Program-made: the position numbers and the translations under genes | Shown: positions 57,722 through 64,000 of the stretch, one piece after another | Numbering within the stretch: position 1 is the first letter of the stretch | Layout: each line of letters begins with the position of its first letter | Notes under the pieces: generated by a model | Database searches by the model: none | What the model was told of the DNA's origin: nothing | The model's input: only the letters and a program-made list of their open reading frames with translations | Origin: Fimbriosthenelais zetlandica | Taxonomy: Eukaryota | Direction of reading: 5' to 3' | DNA: 64,000 nt | Assembly: GCA_977030845.1 (NCBI GenBank) | Contig: OZ365115.1 | Coordinates: forward strand, 10,478,001-10,542,000

Positions 57722-60700
57722 ACTGATATACAGCCTGCAATGGTATGCTACACCTCCGTGTCATTCTAGGATCCCACTTTTACTATAATCTTACTCCACT
57801 TTGTACTCTATGAGTAATATAAGGAGGCAAAGTACTATAGTCCATTATTTCTTACGCCCGGAACTAGTCTGTATAGAACAATATGAGGCCTGTCAACGAG
57901 GGATGACTGGATGGTCATTATCACCCTGATTGTCACCTACATTATGATGTACTATAGGAGATACTATGATCCTGAAAGTCATGGATGGTATACACAGAAA
58001 GCGCTTATCAATTGTGTATATCAATTGTGTTTTGAATGAAGGTAGAGAACAAAGGATCCATAACTTGGACAGCTCTGGGAAAGGGTTAAATTCCTGCCAA
58101 ACATTTTCATATTTTTATAAATTCAGACATAAAATGTATTCTGAAGATAAGCATAAAGATAAAGCTCAGTAGGCGCTTCAAACTTTTCAGTGATGTTAAG
58201 GTTTAGACATAAGTTGAGCAGAATGACGGTATGGTAGGCTTGGTTGGTTTGCATACACTTGGTGCTGATTCTGGCCTACGTCAGTCAGAAATACTGGACA
58301 AATTTATTGGATCCTTGCTTGGTCTTATTATCTGCATTATTATCAGATAGTCTGTGATGCTATTATATCAATTTTCCTCCTAAAGGGAACAAAAAGAAAG
58401 AAAAAATAACGCATTATTTTACATTCTAGAAAGCCTAGCGTCGTTTTCATATCCTTTTCATATATGAGGTAGTGATTTTTTCTTTGGGAGAAAAAGTAGA
58501 TAACTTTGCTCCAGCTGCATGCAATGCTAGATGGTCGAGGTAGGAGTAGAATTTATACTATGATACTATATGATTTGAAACGGCTGATAGAGGTAGAAAA
58601 TGTGAATATTAGGATACCAGATACATGTACATGTCAAACTGTCAGAATATGGCATTATTGTACCTGCTGAATATATGTCCACAGACCACCATTAAAAATA
58701 TTAGATTTATATTATTTTTTAATAGAACTTAAATATTTCCGTTACTGCAGTTAATGGTAGATGACATGAATGTTATATTTATAGCAAATACAATTAAATG
58801 TGAATTAAATCTCTCATCAAATTTATTGTACCTATTTGATGTACACTTGTTTGTTAAACAATATTTTTTCAATTAAATGTTAATTATTTTTTATTATTTG
58901 ATAGGCCGAACTGTGATTTCGCAAAGTCAAAACTAGTTGAAGCAAATAAGAAACTTTTTCATGGCAGACTAGAAGTTTGTTATTATTTCAATTTGTTGTC
59001 ATTAATGTTTGTGGACGTTGTAGAGTGATTTCATGTGTCAGTTACCGTGTATAATTATATAAAAAGGTATGTGTAGAACTTGAGTGTCGATATGGTAATT
59101 GAGCAATTGAATTATTGCTAGGGACAGCCTGATTCATGAAGTCGCCAAAGGCTATCTTAATTTTGTGTGCCACTGGTGCATTCGATCAAGAATGCTTATA
59201 TTCCATAGAAATATATGGGTATAAATTTTGAGGGGTAAATTATCATTTATGTAAATCAGTTGTATATTATCTTGGGTGTAAAAATGTTGCTCGAAAAAAC
59301 GGGGGAAACTCAAATGCCAAACAATTCTACCACTGGTTGTATAGTGCATGAAAATGATAGACCCATCAGTCCTAAGCGTGCCAATTATATGTTGATGATC
59401 CTCTTGCTCTCAAATTGATAGTGATATGGCAGTTCAGGTGATTTAGTCAAGTGCGGTACTGATAGCACTCAATATCGTGGTAACATATAGATGTGGTCTA
59501 CCCTTCATGTCTGATGATATCAACGTGTCTTGTATTGGGTCCATGCTTGTGTCCACCCATCCATTCAATGTCTGTTAGTGTTGTTTTTATACTTGCAAGA
59601 AGTACTTTAATTTACCAAATGCTGCTACTATGATAATTTAATATAAACCGTCCTTATATTGGACTCGTGAACAGAAAAGTGGAAAACTGATCAGCCTTCT
59701 TTCGTAATTCAAATACTATTCAAGTACAAAGTGCATGTACAAATACAAAAGCTGTTGGTGGCATATTTTTATATGATGTCCTTCATTTCTTGCATTGCCG
59801 CTAATGCTACACATTTTCATTTTCAGTTGTAACTTTTGTGTCTTGCCTTGCCCCGTTTTCTTGCATTTTAAACAATACTATTTCAACACATTTATACATG
59901 CAATTTCTAGTTCATTTAATAATGTTTCCTTCAGATTGTATGTTGTAATTTCTATAACATCGAAATCCAGTGACGTTGCCTTCATGATCTTGTAATTCAT
60001 TGCCTACATTGACATGTGTTCTTGTGTAGCATAGGATTTATTCAACCATAGATTATTAAATATGATATCAATCTATATGATATAATATTATGATAAAAAT
60101 TATGATAACAAATCTCCTCTTAGATTTGCATTGGAACATTATTCATATTCAAAATGTCCTCTTGCTCATGAGTTGGAAGAGAATTATTCTGTGAATTATA
60201 CAGGATTTTGGTCGCGTGCAATGTTATATCGAAAACAAGGTGTTTTACAGCTGAATCCCCATACTTATTTTCACAATTTGTACAGATCATTGCCAATTTA
60301 CTGCATTTACTGTGAACTAATTGACCCACATTAGTTTCGTATTATCTTTAATATTATAATTAATATGTAAATCAGGATTTTCGCTTGCACAATGTCAGAC
60401 CATTCCACTTTTTATCTTATCTTTCGAATTATGTCCATTCTTTTGGAGTTATTGCAGATTTACAATTCAATTTGGGGCACGTTTCCAAGCAGTTTTCTTT
60501 CACACCACTTATGAAGATAATTCATAATACGGCGGATTACTAGATGTGGAAATATGGCCTGTTGAACAGAACACTTGCCACTTGCTGCCTGTAAGACCAA
60601 CTGTAATTATATCTATCAGTCACCCATTTCATTTCTAGACCACCCAAGAACATTCCTAAAATTCTAGGGTTATGGTTATAACAATTTAATATCCGTTATA

Positions 60701-61575
60701 TATTTAATATATTTCACCTCCGCTTTCCTATTCATTTACCTTGTTACTAAATTACGTATACACGATTTAGGGTCTTTGTAATATTATTCCAATCATTGCT
60801 TAAACTAAAGCTGAATGGATGACATTTGAGATTAAATTTATATATAAATGAAAGCTACTGTACACTTCCAGAGGCATAATTTGCATTTTGTTTCCAGTCA
60901 GTTTGACCTCAGCAGGCTTTTTATATTGTCATTTTCTTTTTATTTATTATATGTCCTTTTCATTTTCCCCTCTCAAGATTTTAGCGTTTCCTAATTGCTG
61001 TAGTAGACGACTATATGAATTTAATGCACTTTAAATCGTTTATATCTGTTTTATTTATTCAGATCTCAGTGTGTTTATGTAGATTTCTGTACATCGAGTC
61101 TCGGTAATTATAATTGAGAAACTGTTTCCGATACTTTACGTCAGCCAACGCTCCTGTCTTTTCTTAACCCCTCTAATGATTATATTCATTATATTGACTT
61201 ATAATTCCAGAATTTTTTTGTATTTTGTCACAATCACTAACCTGTAACTTTATTTGCCTTACTACACAGATTCATATTATTCCAAGGTATAAATTATATC
61301 ATTTAGGTTGAACTTAACTACTTTAATATTAAGTGTCCTTTGCACCTATAGTACCAGCATGCATGGCACTTTCAAATGTTATAACCAAACATTTACGATT
61401 ATGAATTATTGTCGGCCAACTTTTGGTAATCATGTTGCAACCCTGGTTCAGATTAATGTCAATGAGAAAATTATATTCATGATGGAACTAAATCGCTATG
61501 CCAACTTGTTAACCACATAGTATGCTTCCAGTATCGATCATTAAATGAATGCAGAAAAAAACCTGTCTTGAGCTG

Positions 61576-63874
61576 TTATTGCTCATCTGCGACCCAGGAT
61601 GGGCGCCGACACATCGTGCCCATTCCGTCGCCGGCTGAGAGTACCGGCCGCCAGGTGCCCGTGGCTAGGTCTAGGTCGATACCACGGACATTGTCCCTCA
61701 TGTCCACATCCTCACCAGCTGGGAAGTTCTTATATTGGAAGAAGTCATAGCTAGCGTCCCACCGCCAATCTAGTAAATAACAAGACGTATATATGTTAAT
61801 AATAAGTATCTTTTGGGGTGCAATTTTTCACTTCCATTTGGATGATCAGGGGTCAGTGTTCTGCTGGCAGTGTGTTAGTGACAGTGTACTGGGGGTATTC
61901 TGTTGGCGGTGTACTGGGGACAGTGTTCTGTTGGCAGTGCACAGTTCAAATGCCTTGACATTTAATTGGAGTGATTGCAGTCTAATTTTTATGCTTTTAC
62001 CAGCTAGAAACCTATGTCTAGAAACTATTATCGTAAGATCTTATGACACTGCTAATGGTGATAGTTAAATAAGTGTTTGAATGTCTCCCCAGCCAAGGTA
62101 TTGACAACCATGATGGGCAAAAACGTTATGTGTAATTATTTGTAAGCATATATACATAATATTATATTATATTATATTATATAATATTATCACTAAAATT
62201 TATTAACAAATTAACTTACCAGGATCGTGATTAGTGTCAAAATTAGCCAGTAACCTGACTATACTGACAGGTTGGCTCCAGGAGTTTTCTCTTGCCAATT
62301 CCACAAGAAACTCGTTCACATCTGGGCTCTGGATTTCTACAGATTCTGCCCACATACCAATTTCGTAACAGCCCTTCACATAATAGGTGTTTGGGTCCAC
62401 ATAGTAACAGTAATCTCCATAGCCAATCCAATCATCAGAACAATTAAACCGCTGGGCTTTTTCATATTTATCTACAAATGGTGAGACAGCTCTTTACATC
62501 TGACTTACATTAATGTATAAGGCTAAGACGTGGCATTTCTCCTGTATCGATCTCATGATCGATTAAAAAATAATGATATTCAATTCAGTCCTACGATTAT
62601 CATTAGAGTAATTTTACTTTAAGGATTATCATTCAAGCTATATATGCCTACATACTTACAGGCGGGAGCCTTGCATATGAATGTTTCGACTTCACCATAG
62701 CCGATATTACATGCTACATCACTCCAGTTCCCATTACTATCCATTATCACACATCCTAAGTCCTTGTGTGAAAGAGAATACTCAATTTGTGAAGAAACTC
62801 CAACTTTGGCCCAGACTTACATGTTTATACTCATGAGACACTTAAATTGTTTTGCCGCCATCTTGGATTCCATGATCTTTGAAACTAGTTAGGCTAAAAT
62901 CGTAATTCAAATATATTGTTTAGGAACCGGTATGCAAAAGCTTGAAACTTATATACCTTATCATTGCCAGGGCTTCCATATGCCCAGTTGCTGTATGTCA
63001 AAGAGTCTCCATTAGGCCACACGTATTCCAAACCTGAAGGTGTAGACATGCTCTGACGATCATTTCATATTTAGGCTACTTCATATATATATAATTAAGG
63101 AAGGTATGTGTAATAAGAGGTTGGTGGGGACTCAGTTTACAGAAATTAAAAGAAAGGTCCATTCAGGCCTATAATTGTTCTTCATTCCTCTGACTTTCCC
63201 CTTTGAAAATCTAAGAATATTAAGGAAGTTGTTTTAACATATTGATAATCTTACTTCTTTGATTGAGGAATGCTCCAATCCATGTTCTGTAGTTGCCAGT
63301 CATCATGCGTTTTATTAGGTTATTCTCTTCCTCATCGTAGATTGTGACCAGAGTACTGTTGATGCCTACACCCCTACAGTAAGCTTCAGCTTCCCGGCTG
63401 CTCCTTAACCTGCCCCCAACATACATCCTACCATAGCAGTTATCACCGAACATTACCCAGTCAGGCTGGCATCGACCTTAATGAGAGAAAAAAGTTACAA
63501 AAAAGGGGATAATTGGAACTAATAAAATACCCATCCAGAACCAGCTTGAATTTGAAGTTGGTATTTGTCACTCAAATAACTAGGGCCGACCCCTCCATTT
63601 CTACAATACTGGATCTACCCCTGCGACATATCGTACACCTTACAAAAAGGTTAGAATCTGATATGAGCTGACTCGATACAAGAAAAATCAGATGGTTGAG
63701 TCATCATAGGGTTTCTTTCGATCCAAATGGAAATAAAGTAGTTTACGGTTTTCTGGTGTCGACCTGTTCAGGTATACTCGTTCAAACAAACTGTTTTCAG
63801 CATTGTCTGCTGCGATGTAGCAGGTGTACTCTCCAAAATCAGACCAGTCCACACCACTTATCCTCAACATAGAT
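61576..63874 (-). CDS. 3' part of an Ig-like + tandem C-type lectin domain protein (CREP-like architecture); 5' end outside window
   Basis: Exons 63874-63747 (LRISGVDWSDFGEYTC, Ig E/F strands), 63476-63255 (CQPDWVMFGDNCY...TWIGA), 63033-62957 (YVWPNGDSLTYSNWA), 62762-62660 (GCVIMDSNGNWSDVAC...FICK), 62471-62220 (CSDDWIGYGDYCYY), 61769-61576 (ends TAA). All GT-AG and phase-consistent; no transmembrane segment before the stop. Confidence 0.85.
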
Positions 63875-64000
63875 CTAAAGGTGTAATAAAATGATTACAT
63901 CGAGCTAAAATATTCAAAAGAGAGATGCAATAATTATTTTGCTATTGCATTATAGGATTTTGTTAATTTACTTCTATCCCGAATACTTTAGGCAAAAGAA

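Noticed and set aside
57722-61575. Additional gene between PIK3C2A and the lectin gene (e.g. Cys-containing ORF 60120..60329)
   Set aside because: Short, no domain, no convincing splice sites; most simply the convergent 3' UTRs and intergenic DNA.

Overview
Eukaryotic, AT-rich, intron-rich invertebrate-type genomic DNA. The species cannot be identified from sequence alone, and most short ORFs in the supplied track are spurious. I assembled three spliced genes by hand, checking every splice phase. (1) A nucleobindin (NUCB1/2 family) on the minus strand, 379-10758. It has a 7-nt microexon and two phase-compatible Gln-rich terminal exons. (2) A complete class II PI3-kinase (PIK3C2A-like) on the plus strand, 12378-57721: 32 coding exons, 1887 aa, plus an optional 36-nt exon and one GC-AG intron. 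It lies head-to-head with nucleobindin across a ~0.4 kb bidirectional promoter. (3) The 3' part of a minus-strand Ig + two C-type-lectin-domain gene, 61576-63874, running off the window end. The most striking non-genic structure is a pair of near-identical ~2.2 kb elements in inverted orientation (25207-27386 and 36974-39143) that bracket PI3K exons 10-18. Each copy carries an APE-endonuclease fragment, tRNA-derived Pol III units and a 36-bp terminal hairpin, which suggests a Helentron-like element. The 19.6 kb intron 18 also holds a fold-back MITE, a 46-bp minisatellite, an orphan promoter-like motif cluster and unidentified decayed sequence. No CRISPR array or prokaryotic system is present.
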